A stretch of 64,000 nt of DNA, taken from NCBI GenBank assembly GCA_965228875.1, contig OZ245843.1, positions 4,880,616-4,944,615 on the forward strand, in the 5' to 3' direction. Positions 29,462 through 39,285 of this stretch are shown here, one piece after another. A model generated the notes under the pieces. It was not told the origin of the DNA and did no database searches. It saw nothing but the letters and a program-made list of their open reading frames with translations. Each line of letters opens with the position of its first letter. Positions within the stretch are counted from its first letter, which is position 1. Origin of the DNA: Thalassobaculaceae bacterium. Its GTDB lineage: Bacteria > Pseudomonadota > Alphaproteobacteria > Thalassobaculales > Thalassobaculaceae. The translations under genes and the position numbers were made by a program.

Positions 29462-30981
29462 CGGTTCTGCGCTTCGTTCTCGGCGACCAGCTCGACCGCT
29501 GCGTATCCAGTCTGCGGGGCCTCGACCCGGAGCGCGACGTGGTCCTGATGGCGGAGGTGGCCGACGAGACCACCTACGTGCCGCACCACCCCAAGAAGAT
29601 CGCGCTGATCCTGTCGGCGATGCGCCATTTCGCCGCCGCGTTGGAGGAGGAGGGGGTGCGCGTCGACTATGTCCGCCTCGATGACCCGGACAACACCGGC
29701 AGTTTCCGTGGCGAGCTTCGCCGGGCGGTCGAGCGCCACGACGTCCGGTCGGTCGTCGTCGCCGAGCCGGGCGAGTGGCGGGTCGAGAACGACATGCGCT
29801 CCTGGAGCGATGCCATCGGCTGCGCGGTGGAGATCCGCGGGGACGACCGGTTTCTATGCTCGCGCGACGATTTCGCCGCCTGGGCCGGGGACCGCAAGCA
29901 GTTGCGGATGGAGTACTTCTACCGCGAGATGCGCCGCCGGACCGGCATTCTTATGGACGGTGATGCGCCCGAGGGCGGGCAATGGAACTACGACCAGGAG
30001 AACCGCAAGTCCCTGCCCAAGGGGGTGCAGCCGCCATCCCCCGCGGTGTTCGAGCCGGACCGCGCGACGCGGGCGGTCCTGGACCTCGTCGCCGAGCGGT
30101 TCGGCGATAACTTCGGCGATCTCGACGGCTTCGCCTTCGCGGTGACGCGCGATCAGGCGCTTGGCGTTTTCCAGCGGTTCCTGGACGACGGGCTGGCGCG
30201 GTTCGGCGACTACCAGGACGCCATGGCGGCGGAGGAGCCGTTCCTGTTCCATGCGCTGATCGCTCCGTACCTGAACATCGGTCTGTTGCGTCCGCGCGAG
30301 GTCGTCGAGCGGGTCGAGGAGGCCTGTCGCGCCGGACGGGCGCCGCTGAACGCGGCGGAGGGGTTCATCCGCCAGATCCTCGGATGGCGCGAATACGTGC
30401 GCGGGATCTACTGGCTGAAGATGCCGGACTACGCCGAAACCAACGCCTTCGGCGCCGACCGGCCACTGCCGGACTTCTTCTGGACGGGCGACACCGGGAT
30501 GCGGTGCCTCGCCGAGGTGATCGGCCAGACCAGGCGCGAGGCCTATGCCCATCACATTCAACGCCTGATGGTCACCGGCTGTTTCGCCCTGCTGATCGGC
30601 GCCGATCCGAAGGCGGTCAACGACTGGTATCTGGCGGTCTATGCCGACGCGTTCGAATGGGTGCAGCTTCCCAACACCCACGGCATGGTGCTGCACGCCG
30701 ATGGCGGTCTGCTGGGCTCGAAGCCCTATGCGGCGTCGGGCAAGTACATCGACCGGATGTCCGACTACTGCGGACGTTGCCGCTACGACGTGAAGAAGAC
30801 GGTGGGCGACGACGCCTGCCCCTTCAACGCGCTGTACTGGCGGTTTCTCGACCGTCACCAGGACAGCCTGCGCGGCAACCGGCGCATGGCGATGATCTAC
30901 CGCACCTGGGACCGGTTCGACGACGACCGCCGCGCCGGCATTCTGGAGCGGGCCGACTCCGTGCTCGACGACCTGCAGTGA
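29458..30981 (+). CDS. cryB: FeS-BCP cryptochrome/(6-4) photolyase (CryB/PhrB-like)
   Basis: VLGDQL, HHPKKI, MEYFYREMR, GGQWNYD, YAHHIQRLMV; 4Fe-4S Cys in MRCL and DYCGRC...DACPFN. Confidence 0.92.
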   Translation: MTVLRFVLGDQLDRCVSSLRGLDPERDVVLMAEVADETTYVPHHPKKIALILSAMRHFAAALEEEGVRVDYVRLDDPDNTGSFRGELRRAVERHDVRSVVVAEPGEWRVENDMRSWSDAIGCAVEIRGDDRFLCSRDDFAAWAGDRKQLRMEYFYREMRRRTGILMDGDAPEGGQWNYDQENRKSLPKGVQPPSPAVFEPDRATRAVLDLVAERFGDNFGDLDGFAFAVTRDQALGVFQRFLDDGLARFGDYQDAMAAEEPFLFHALIAPYLNIGLLRPREVVERVEEACRAGRAPLNAAEGFIRQILGWREYVRGIYWLKMPDYAETNAFGADRPLPDFFWTGDTGMRCLAEVIGQTRREAYAHHIQRLMVTGCFALLIGADPKAVNDWYLAVYADAFEWVQLPNTHGMVLHADGGLLGSKPYAASGKYIDRMSDYCGRCRYDVKKTVGDDACPFNALYWRFLDRHQDSLRGNRRMAMIYRTWDRFDDDRRAGILERADSVLDDLQ

Positions 30982-30991
30982 GGAAAAGTCC

Positions 30992-31744
30992 ATGACCGAC
31001 CGTCTCGTCTGGATCACCGGCGCCAGTTCCGGTATCGGCCGCGCCGTGGCGCTTGAGATGGCCCGCGACGGCTGGCGGGTGGTCGCCACGGCCCGTCGCC
31101 AGGAGGAACTCGACCGGCTCGCCGCCGAGGGGCCGGCCGGGCGCATCACCGGTATGTCCGCCGACGTCACCGATCTGGAGGCGATGCAGGCGACGGTCGC
31201 GCGGATCGAAGCGGAGATCGGCCCCGTGCACTGTGCGGTTCTGGCCGCGGGCACTCACATCCCGACCTCGGCCGACGACTTCCGCCCGGACGACTTCCGC
31301 TCACTGGTCGACATCAACGTGATGGGCGTGGTCAACGCCGCCGCGGCAGTGCTTCCCGGCTTCAAGGCCCGCCGCGCCGGCCACCTGGTGGTGGTCGCCA
31401 GTGTCGCCGGTTACCGTGGTCTGCCCACGGCCGCCGGTTACGGCGCGACCAAGGCGGCGCTGATCAACTTCACCGAGGCGATGAAGTTCGACCTCGATCC
31501 CTGGGGGGTGAAGACGCAGCTTGTCTGCCCGGGCTTCGTGCGCACGCCGCTGACCGACAAGAACCCGTTCGAGATGCCGTTCCTGATGGAGGTCGAGGAC
31601 GCGGCGCGGGCCATGGTCGCCGGCATGCGCGCCGGCGGGTTCGAGATTACCTTTCCCCGGCGGTTCACGGTGCTGGTGAAGCTGATGTCGCTGTTGCCCT
31701 ACGCGGCCTATTTCCCGATCATCCGGCGCGGAACCAGGACGTGA
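30992..31744 (+). CDS. Short-chain dehydrogenase/reductase
   Basis: TGASSGIG, SVAGYRGLP, YGATKAA, PGFVRT. Confidence 0.92.
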   Translation: MTDRLVWITGASSGIGRAVALEMARDGWRVVATARRQEELDRLAAEGPAGRITGMSADVTDLEAMQATVARIEAEIGPVHCAVLAAGTHIPTSADDFRPDDFRSLVDINVMGVVNAAAAVLPGFKARRAGHLVVVASVAGYRGLPTAAGYGATKAALINFTEAMKFDLDPWGVKTQLVCPGFVRTPLTDKNPFEMPFLMEVEDAARAMVAGMRAGGFEITFPRRFTVLVKLMSLLPYAAYFPIIRRGTRT

Positions 31745-32163
31745 GCCGCATGCGCGCGCACCTCGACGCCTATCTCGCCGCCATCGAGGCGATGACGCCG
31801 GGCACGCTGGACGTGTTCGACGCCGTCTGCGCGCCCGATGTGCGCTTCGTCGACCCGTTCAACGACGTGCGCGGCCTCGACCGGTTCAAGCGGATCTTCC
31901 GCCACATGTACGACACGCTGGAGGATCCGCGCTTCACCGTGCTGGACAGCACGGTCGGCGCACGCGCGTCCTATGTCCGATGGCGGTTCGATTTCGCCGT
32001 GCGCGGGCGGACGATGTCGATCGACGGCATGTCGGAACTGACGTTCGGTTCCGACGGCCGGCTGGTCGAGCATGTGGATCATTGGGACGCCGGCCAGATT
32101 TACGCGCGGGTCCCGGTGATCGGGGCGCTCGTCCGCTGGGTGCGGGGGAAGCTGGCGGCCTAG
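31741..32163 (+). CDS. SnoaL-like/NTF2 family protein
   Basis: DVRFVDPFNDVRG, IFRHMY, HVDHWD, YARVPVIG. Confidence 0.85.
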   Translation: MSRMRAHLDAYLAAIEAMTPGTLDVFDAVCAPDVRFVDPFNDVRGLDRFKRIFRHMYDTLEDPRFTVLDSTVGARASYVRWRFDFAVRGRTMSIDGMSELTFGSDGRLVEHVDHWDAGQIYARVPVIGALVRWVRGKLAA

Positions 32164-32169
32164 GAACGC

Positions 32170-32739
32170 CTACGCGGCCTCGCGCGTTCCTGCGCCGCTC
32201 GGACCGGTCGCGGCGGCCTTCGTGAAGAAAATGGTGACCGTGCCCAGTTCGAGGCCGAACTTCGTCACCTTCGCCCTGTTCACCATCACGCCGCCGGGCT
32301 GCAGGAACATCCAGTCGTCGAACCGGACCGTCAGGTCGCGACCCTGGATCGCCAGGGTCATCTCGTAGGTCCAGGTGAACGCTTTTCCCGTGGTCCGGCC
32401 CTCGGCTGTCCCGATGATGTCGTCGGCGCGGCCGATATACCGGTTCTCGCCGACCTTCTCGATCCGCCATACGCGGCGGTCCTTCTCGCCGTCGGCGTAG
32501 TCGAAGCGTTCGTCGAGGGTCAGTGTCCGGCCGTCCCAGGTTCCGGAAATGTCGACCACGAACTCGCGGCGCAGGTTGCCGAAGCGGTCCTCGAAGATGC
32601 CCCAGGCCTTGGTCTCGCCCTCGAAGTAGCGCTCGAGGACGAGTTCGGGGGTGGTTCCCTGGAAATCGTCGATCTTCATGGACTGGCACGCTCCCATGGA
32701 AAGCAGAAGTACCAGTGCATACGTCAGCCGTGTGAGCAT
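32170..32739 (-). CDS. DUF3833 family lipoprotein
   Basis: SMGAC lipobox; YFEG, LDERFDYADG, FDDWMF, NRAKVTKFG. Confidence 0.85.
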   Translation of the reverse strand: MLTRLTYALVLLLSMGACQSMKIDDFQGTTPELVLERYFEGETKAWGIFEDRFGNLRREFVVDISGTWDGRTLTLDERFDYADGEKDRRVWRIEKVGENRYIGRADDIIGTAEGRTTGKAFTWTYEMTLAIQGRDLTVRFDDWMFLQPGGVMVNRAKVTKFGLELGTVTIFFTKAAATGPSGAGTREAA

Positions 32740-32742
32740 GGA

Positions 32743-34086
32743 TCAGGGTCCGTCCTGGGTTTGGCCGTGTTTACGGTGGATCTCGGCGCGCAGATCTGCC
32801 TGGGCGGCACGATCCAGCGGAAATCGCCACATCAATGCGATCGCCACCGCCTTCAGCGCCACCGGCAGGCCGGCATAGAGCAGGGCCAGCGCCAGGAGCG
32901 GGCCGTCGGCATTGTCCGCCGCCGCCGCGAACCCGGCGAGGTCCAGCAGGCCGAAGCCGATGCCGACCGCAAGCGCCAGTGCGAGCTTGGTCGCCATGCC
33001 CCAGAACGCGAAGTAGAGGCCGGTGCGCCCGCCGCCGCCTCGGGCCGTGTCCAGGTCCACGACGTCGGCCTGGATCGCGCTCGGCAGGGTCAGGTCGGCG
33101 CCGAGGCACAGGCCGGTGGCGACGCAGATCGCCAGAAACACCGCCGCATCGCCCGGACCGAGCAGTGGAACGAAGGCGAAGATCGCGGCATTGATCGACA
33201 TGGCGACGCACCAGGTGCGGTGCTTGCCCAGACGGCGCGCGACGCGCAGCCACAGCGGGACGCCCAGGATGCCGAACAGGAAGTACACGAACAGCAGCGT
33301 TCCCTGACGCTCGGGTGCTGCCAGGACGTGTTCGACGAACAGCAGGAACAGCGTGGCCGGCAGGCCATTGGCCAGGCCGTTGATGAGGTAGGCGGCGATC
33401 AGGCGGAGAAACGGTCGGTTCCCCAGCAGCAGCCGGCGGGATTGCGTCCAGGGGACCGGGCGGTGGGCCGGAGTCCGATGATCGGGCACGCCGATGGAAG
33501 CGGCAGCCACGCAGGCCGGCAGCACCACCATCAGCGCCACCGCCAGGGCCGCCAGGGTGGCACCCGGCCGCAACTCCCCGTCGATGCCGAGCAGAACCGG
33601 CGCGCCGGCCGCCAGCAGTGTCCCGGCGACGACGAAGGCCTCGCGCGACCCGGCGATGCGGCTGCGCTCGTCGTAGTCCTCCGACAGTTCAGCGCCCCAC
33701 GCGCCATGGGGGAGCTGAATCATGGTCCAGCCGAGATACAGGACGAGGCTCCAGACCAGCAGGTGGAGCCCGCCGGCGTCCTCCGGCGGCCGAAACACCA
33801 TCCATACCGCCAGTATCAGGATCGGCAGGGCGGCGAGCAGCCAGGGCCGGCGCCGGCCGAGCCGGCCGCGCGTCCGGTCCGACAGCGCGCCGATCACCGG
33901 GTCCGTCACCACGTCCCACAGCCTCGCCGTCAGGAGGATGGCGCCGACCGCCGAGAGCTCCAGCCCGATCTCGCGCGAGTAGAAGGTCGGCAGGAAGATG
34001 AACAGCGGCACGCCCAGCGCGCCGATCGGCAGGCCGGGAAGGCCATAGGCGATCAGGCGGACCGGTGACAGCCGTCGGGCCGGCAT
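32743..34086 (-). CDS. MFS transporter (GPH/MFS_2-like)
   Basis: DVVTDPVIGALSD, GRRRPW, GAELSEDYDERSR. Confidence 0.88.
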   Translation of the reverse strand: MPARRLSPVRLIAYGLPGLPIGALGVPLFIFLPTFYSREIGLELSAVGAILLTARLWDVVTDPVIGALSDRTRGRLGRRRPWLLAALPILILAVWMVFRPPEDAGGLHLLVWSLVLYLGWTMIQLPHGAWGAELSEDYDERSRIAGSREAFVVAGTLLAAGAPVLLGIDGELRPGATLAALAVALMVVLPACVAAASIGVPDHRTPAHRPVPWTQSRRLLLGNRPFLRLIAAYLINGLANGLPATLFLLFVEHVLAAPERQGTLLFVYFLFGILGVPLWLRVARRLGKHRTWCVAMSINAAIFAFVPLLGPGDAAVFLAICVATGLCLGADLTLPSAIQADVVDLDTARGGGGRTGLYFAFWGMATKLALALAVGIGFGLLDLAGFAAAADNADGPLLALALLYAGLPVALKAVAIALMWRFPLDRAAQADLRAEIHRKHGQTQDGP

Positions 34087-34090
34087 GGTG

Positions 34091-35314
34091 TCAGCTGCGC
34101 TGGAAGGCGAAATGCCGCACGTCGATGTTGCCGGACCGGAACCCGCCCTCGCAGTAGGCGAGGTAGTAGAGCCACATCCGACGGAACCGGTCGTCGAAAC
34201 CGAGGGCCTCGATCTCCGGCCAGGCGGCGAGGAAGCGGTCGCGCCACTCGGCCAGGGTGCGGGCGTAGTCGAGGCCGAAGGCCTGCTCGTCGCGATGGCT
34301 CAGGCCGGCGCGTCCGGCGTGGTCGAGCACGTGCTCGCGGGTCGGCAGCATGCCGCCCGGAAAGATGTAGCGCTGGATGAAGTCGGGGTGCCGGCGATAG
34401 TCGTCGAACGAGGCCGCGTCGATGGTGATGATCTGCAGCGCGGCCCGGCCGCCGGGATTGAGCCGGTCGGCCACCGAGGAGAAGAAGGTCGGCCAGTAGC
34501 TCTCGCCGACGGCCTCGAACATCTCGATCGACGCGATGGCGTCGTATCGCCCCTCGACGTCGCGGTAGTCCCGCAGGTCGAACGTCATCCGGTCGCTCAG
34601 TCCGGCCTTCGCCGCACGCTCCCGGGCGTAGGCGAGCTGCTCGGTGGACAGGGTGATGCCGTGAACGTGGGCGCCGTAGTCGCGCGCCGCCACCTCCGCG
34701 AACCCGCCCCAGCCGCACCCGATCTCGAGCACCCTGTCGCCGGGTTTCAGCTCTAGGTCTTGGGCCATCCGGCGGTACTTGGCCTCCTGCGCCGCCTGCA
34801 GATCCTGGTGCTCGCCGTCGAACAGGGCCGAAGAATACGTCATGCTCGGGTCGAGCCAGCGCTCGTAGAACGCGTTGCCGAGATCGTAGTGGAAGCGGAT
34901 GTTGCGCCGCGAGCCGCTGCGCGAATTGCGGTTCAGCAGATGCAGCGCCCGGCGCAGCAGCTTGGCCAGCGGGTGGGCTCGGGTGTGATGCTCGATCGCC
35001 GCCTTGTTGCGGCAGAACAGCTCGATCAGGGCCGGCAGGTCCGGACTGTCGGCGGCACCGTCGATGAACGCCTCCGCGAAGCCGAGGTCGCCACCGAGCA
35101 TGAAGCGGCGGACCACGCCGGTGCTGCGCAGGCGAACCGTCGCCGACGGCCCGGGTTCACGGCCCTCGAAGGTGGCCTGCCGTCCGTCGGGCAGCACGAC
35201 CGTGAGCCGGCCGATGGCGAGCCGGGCCAGCAGCGCCATCCCTCGGCGGGTCCAGTTGTCGAGCCCGCTCAGGTCGATCCGGGCGAGCGGCTGGGAAAAC
35301 GTGGTGTCTGACAT
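34091..35314 (-). CDS. cfa: Cyclopropane-fatty-acyl-phospholipid synthase family methyltransferase (CfaS/UfaM-like)
   Basis: HYDLGN, MTYSSA, LEIGCGWGG, SIEMFEAVG, YIFPGG, YLAYCEGGF. Confidence 0.93.
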   Translation of the reverse strand: MSDTTFSQPLARIDLSGLDNWTRRGMALLARLAIGRLTVVLPDGRQATFEGREPGPSATVRLRSTGVVRRFMLGGDLGFAEAFIDGAADSPDLPALIELFCRNKAAIEHHTRAHPLAKLLRRALHLLNRNSRSGSRRNIRFHYDLGNAFYERWLDPSMTYSSALFDGEHQDLQAAQEAKYRRMAQDLELKPGDRVLEIGCGWGGFAEVAARDYGAHVHGITLSTEQLAYARERAAKAGLSDRMTFDLRDYRDVEGRYDAIASIEMFEAVGESYWPTFFSSVADRLNPGGRAALQIITIDAASFDDYRRHPDFIQRYIFPGGMLPTREHVLDHAGRAGLSHRDEQAFGLDYARTLAEWRDRFLAAWPEIEALGFDDRFRRMWLYYLAYCEGGFRSGNIDVRHFAFQRS

Positions 35315-35354
35315 GAGGGCTCTCCCGCGTGTCTGGCATCCGAGATGAAGAGGA

Positions 35355-36188
35355 TCAGGCGGCGTTGATGGTGCCGGCTCTGACGGTGCTGACGGCGTCG
35401 GCCTGGTCGTGGCCGCGCGACACCGGCTGGTCCGGCGGCGTCGGCCGGGGATGGTAGGCGGCCCGCTTCAACCAGAGGCGCAGCGCCTCCCAGTGGATTC
35501 CGGCGATCACCTTGAGGGTGTTCAGCGGATGGGTGACCAGTGTCGCGGCCAGCGCCGCGTCGGTGAGCCGCCGACGTTCGGCCGCGTGGGTCGCGATCAT
35601 CCGGTCAGCGCCGTCCGGCCCGACCAGCCGGATCAGCAGACGCAGGGTCTCGCCCGGCTCGTCCGTGCGGAACCGGTAACCGCCGGCGAGGTCGAAGAAC
35701 GGCGAGACATGGAAGACCTTGTCGGCGGCCTGGGTCAGCGGCGTACCGGGCTTCCGATCCGCGTCCGCCGCCACGAAATAGCAGTGCTGGTCGCCGAAGG
35801 TGTTCTTGACCTCGTACAGGACGCCGGCGAGGCGGCCGTCGGCGCGATAGCCCCAGTAGACGGTCAGCGGGTTGAACGCGTAGCCGAGGGTGCGCGGCAT
35901 GGCGAGACAGAGGACCCGGCCGCCCTCGATCGACATGCCCTGTCCGGCGAACACATGCTCGACCCAGGGTTTGAGGGGCGTGCCGTCGCGCGGGCCGTGA
36001 TCGCGCTGATGGAAGGAGAACAGATTGAACCGATCGACGGAGAAGCTGCGGAGATCCCTGTCGAGCCGGGGAAGGTCGTCGAGGTCGAGCAGCAGCGACG
36101 CCATACGGTAGCGGAATCGGTGCCGCATGGGCGTCATGCGGCAGTGCATCACCTGGCCGAGATAGAGGGCTGAGGCGCGGTCGGTCAT
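35355..36188 (-). CDS. DUF1365 family protein (UfaO-like)
   Basis: HRFRY, PRTLGYAFNP, YEVKNTFG, KVFHVSPF, IHWEALRLW. Confidence 0.9.
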   Translation of the reverse strand: MTDRASALYLGQVMHCRMTPMRHRFRYRMASLLLDLDDLPRLDRDLRSFSVDRFNLFSFHQRDHGPRDGTPLKPWVEHVFAGQGMSIEGGRVLCLAMPRTLGYAFNPLTVYWGYRADGRLAGVLYEVKNTFGDQHCYFVAADADRKPGTPLTQAADKVFHVSPFFDLAGGYRFRTDEPGETLRLLIRLVGPDGADRMIATHAAERRRLTDAALAATLVTHPLNTLKVIAGIHWEALRLWLKRAAYHPRPTPPDQPVSRGHDQADAVSTVRAGTINAA

Positions 36189-36196
36189 CGTCAGCC

Positions 36197-37525
36197 TCAG
36201 TCGGCCGCTTCGAGCGGGCGGTGGTCGGCGGTCGCCGGATGCGGGCGACCGTCGGCCGGAGTGACGGTCTCCGCCCAGGGCGGGGTCGCGCCAAGTGCCT
36301 TGGCCACGGCGATACCGGCGCGCAGGCCGTCCTCGTGGAAGCCCCAGCCGCAATAGCTGCCGCAGAACCAGGTACGGCGCCGGCCCTGAATCTCCGGCAG
36401 GCGGGACTGGGCGGCGACGGCGGCGGCATCGAACACCGGATGCTGGTACTCGATACGCCGGAACACGGTGTCGGGGCGCGGCTCGGCGAGCGGGTTCAGG
36501 CTGACGAACAACGGATATCGGCGGTCGATGTTCTGCAGCCGGTTCATCCAGTAGGTGACGGCCACGTCCCTGTGGCCGGCCTCGCCCTCGGTCAGGTAGT
36601 TCCACGAGGCCCAGGTCCGACGCCGTTTCGGCATCAGCGCCGGATCGCGATGCAGGTAGGCGATGTTATGCTGGTAGCCGAAGCAGCCGAGGACCGCGCG
36701 CTCGCGCGCGTCGGGCGTGTCGAGCAGCGACAGCGCGGTGTCGCCATGGGCGGCGATGACCACCTCGTCGAACCTCTCGCTGCCGTCGTCGGTGACGACG
36801 TCGACGCCGAACTGATCGCGCACCACGCGGCGCACCGGCGTCGCCAGCCGGATCCGGTCCGCGAGAGGCGCCGAGAGCTTGCGCACGTATTCGCGCGAGC
36901 CGCCCGTGACCGTGTACCACTGCGGTCTCGCGACGAACTCGAGCAGACCGTGGTTCACGAAGAACCGCACGAAGGAGCGGGCCGGGAAGGCGAGCATGGT
37001 CTCGACCGGGCACGACCAGATCGCCGCCGCCATCGGAAGCAGGTGATCCTCGACGAAGCCGTCGCCGTAGCCTTCGCGGGTCAGGTACTCGCCGAGACTG
37101 GGCATGTCGGCGCCGGCGGGGGTGTCGAGGAGGGCGGGCGCGGTACGATAGAACCTGGCCAGGTCGCGAAGCATGCGCCAGTAGCGGGCGCTGACCAGGT
37201 TGCTCGGCTGCGCGGTCAGTCCGGCGAGAGATCCCTCGTACTCGAGGCGGCCGCGGTCCACCGACACGGCGAAGGACATGTCGCTGAGCTCGGTGGCGAC
37301 GCCGAGTTCGGCGAACAGGGCGATCAGGTTCGGATAGGTGCGCTCGTTGTAGACGATGAAGCCGGTATCGACCGCGATCGTCGTGCCGTCGTAGTCGATC
37401 TCGACCGTGTTGCTGTGACCGCCCAGGCGATCCTCGGCCTCGAAGACGGTAACCTCATGCTCGCGGTTGAGAAGCCAAGCGGCAGACAGGCCGGAAATTC
37501 CGGACCCGATGACGGCTATGCGCAT
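36197..37525 (-). CDS. FAD-dependent oxidoreductase (COG2907, UfaD-like desaturase)
   Basis: GSGISGL, RLGGH, DTGFIVYNERTYP, WASWNY, TYWMNRLQ, GFHEDG. Confidence 0.9.
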   Translation of the reverse strand: MRIAVIGSGISGLSAAWLLNREHEVTVFEAEDRLGGHSNTVEIDYDGTTIAVDTGFIVYNERTYPNLIALFAELGVATELSDMSFAVSVDRGRLEYEGSLAGLTAQPSNLVSARYWRMLRDLARFYRTAPALLDTPAGADMPSLGEYLTREGYGDGFVEDHLLPMAAAIWSCPVETMLAFPARSFVRFFVNHGLLEFVARPQWYTVTGGSREYVRKLSAPLADRIRLATPVRRVVRDQFGVDVVTDDGSERFDEVVIAAHGDTALSLLDTPDARERAVLGCFGYQHNIAYLHRDPALMPKRRRTWASWNYLTEGEAGHRDVAVTYWMNRLQNIDRRYPLFVSLNPLAEPRPDTVFRRIEYQHPVFDAAAVAAQSRLPEIQGRRRTWFCGSYCGWGFHEDGLRAGIAVAKALGATPPWAETVTPADGRPHPATADHRPLEAAD

Positions 37526-37557
37526 TGGCAGTCTCTCCCCTCGGTGTACCCGTAGTG

Positions 37558-37583
37558 TACGGGCGGATATCGCCGGTGGATCA
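37558..37583 (-). promoter_or_regulatory. RpoE (ECF11)-type promoter TGATCC-N16-CGTA
   Basis: Plus strand tacg-ggcggatatcgccggt-ggatca, 32 bp upstream of the oxidoreductase ATG. Confidence 0.8.
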
Positions 37584-37597
37584 GGCGCCGGCGAGAA

Positions 37598-39055
37598 TCA
37601 CCCCTTCTTGATCGTATCGAGGGCGGCGAGCGCCCGCGTCCGGGCGGCGGCGTGGTCGACGATGCGCTCCGGATAGGTCCGTCCGAGGGTGATGCCGGCA
37701 TCGTCGAGATCGACCGGGTTCGCCTCCCACGGCTTGTGGATCATCCGGTCCGGCAGGCCGGACAGCTCCGGCAGCCAGCGACGCACGTAAGCCCCGTCGC
37801 CGTCGAACTTCTCGCCCTGCAGCACCGGATTGAAGACACGGAAGTACGGGGCCGCGTCGGCGCCGCAGCCGGCCACCCACTGCCAGCTCGCCGCGTTGTT
37901 GGCGAGGTCGGCGTCGACCAGCGTATCCCAGAACCAGGCTTCGCCCTCCCGCCAGTGGACGAGCAGGTCCTTGATGAGGAAGGAGGCGACGATCATCCGC
38001 ACCCGGTTGTGCATCCAGCCAGTGTGCCACAGCTCGCGCAGGCCGGCATCCACGATGGGGTAGCCGGTCCGCCCGCGGCGCCAGGCCTCCAGACCGTCGG
38101 GGTCTTCGCGCCAGGGGAACGCTTCGAACTCCGGCTTCAGCGAGGTGTCGGGCAGATCGGGGTTGTGGAACAGCAGGCTGTAGGAAAACTCGCGCCAGCA
38201 GATCTCGGACAGGAAACTGGCGGTGCCGCGATCCATCGCCTCGCCGCTGCGGACCTCGCTCGCCAAGCGGGCCGCATGCCAGATCTGGCGCGGCGAAATC
38301 TCGCCGAAATGCAGGTGCGGCGACAGTGCCGAAGTGGCGGCGACCCCCGGCAGGTCCCGGTCCGCCTTGTAGCCGGCGACGCGGTCGTCGAGGAAGGTCT
38401 CGAGGCGCTCAGCCGCGCCGGCCTCGCCGGGCGTCCAGGTGTCGCGCAGCCCCCCGGCCCAGTCCGGCGCCGTCGGCAGCAGGGACCAGTCGGCGAGGGC
38501 GTCGCCGGTCGGCGGCTCGCCGGGAGCGGTCAACCGGTCGGGGACGGGCAGCGGATCGGCCGGATCGCCCTTGGCCTGCACCGCCCGCCAGAACGGCGAG
38601 AACACCTTCAGCGGCGTGCCCTGCTTTGAGCTTATCTCCCAGGGCTCGTACAGCAGGCTCGCGTTGAAGCTCCGAACGTCGAGGCCGCGCTTCTTGAGGC
38701 TGTCCTTGATGCGACCGTCCCGCTCGGTCGCCCAGGGCTCGTAGCGCCGGTTCCAGTAGACCGCCGACGCTCCGCTCTCGGAGACCAGACGGTCGAGCGC
38801 GTCGGCCGCCGATCCGCGGCGCAACACCAGCGGCAGGCCGCGCTCCGCCAGCGCCGCCGCCAGACGATCGAGGCTGTGGTGCAGCCACCAGCGCGACGCG
38901 CCGCCGGGGCGGCGCCCACCGGCATCCTCGTCGTCGAGGATGAACACCGGCAGGATCGGCCGCCCGGTCTCGGCGGCGGCATGCAGGGCGGGATTGTCGG
39001 CCAGGCGCAGGTCGCGGCGCAGCCAGACGATGATGGTCGGCTCGGAAGTGGACAT
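37598..39055 (-). CDS. phrA: Deoxyribodipyrimidine (CPD) photolyase
   Basis: WLRRDLRLADNPAL, SALSPHLHFGEIS, GRTGYPIVDAG, WMHNRVRM, PYFRVFNP. Confidence 0.95.
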   Translation of the reverse strand: MSTSEPTIIVWLRRDLRLADNPALHAAAETGRPILPVFILDDEDAGGRRPGGASRWWLHHSLDRLAAALAERGLPLVLRRGSAADALDRLVSESGASAVYWNRRYEPWATERDGRIKDSLKKRGLDVRSFNASLLYEPWEISSKQGTPLKVFSPFWRAVQAKGDPADPLPVPDRLTAPGEPPTGDALADWSLLPTAPDWAGGLRDTWTPGEAGAAERLETFLDDRVAGYKADRDLPGVAATSALSPHLHFGEISPRQIWHAARLASEVRSGEAMDRGTASFLSEICWREFSYSLLFHNPDLPDTSLKPEFEAFPWREDPDGLEAWRRGRTGYPIVDAGLRELWHTGWMHNRVRMIVASFLIKDLLVHWREGEAWFWDTLVDADLANNAASWQWVAGCGADAAPYFRVFNPVLQGEKFDGDGAYVRRWLPELSGLPDRMIHKPWEANPVDLDDAGITLGRTYPERIVDHAAARTRALAALDTIKKG

Positions 39056-39087
39056 CGGGATCGGGCGGTTTGTTGATGTGGCCTTCC

Positions 39088-39113
39088 TACGTCCGGTCGG
39101 CCCCGGTGGATCA
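39088..39113 (-). promoter_or_regulatory. RpoE (ECF11)-type promoter TGATCC-N16-CGTA
   Basis: Plus strand tacg-tccggtcggccccggt-ggatca, 32 bp upstream of the photolyase ATG. Confidence 0.8.
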
Positions 39114-39285
39114 GTCCCGGCGCGGCGTGGTGGCGTCCCCGGACATTGGCTCCCAGAGAACGTTGACTCCCGGAGAACGCTGTCTCCCGGCGACCGTTGA
39201 TCTGCGTCAAGGTTCGGGCGAGCACCGTATGCGAGCCTTCGGACCTGAGGGATGACGGGTCTGAAACGCGGGAGTGTTCCGGTAA

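Noticed and set aside
35332..35357. TGATCC upstream of cfa as another RpoE promoter
   Set aside because: It derives from the upstream stop codon and the 16-bp-spaced -10 reads CAGA, not CGTA.
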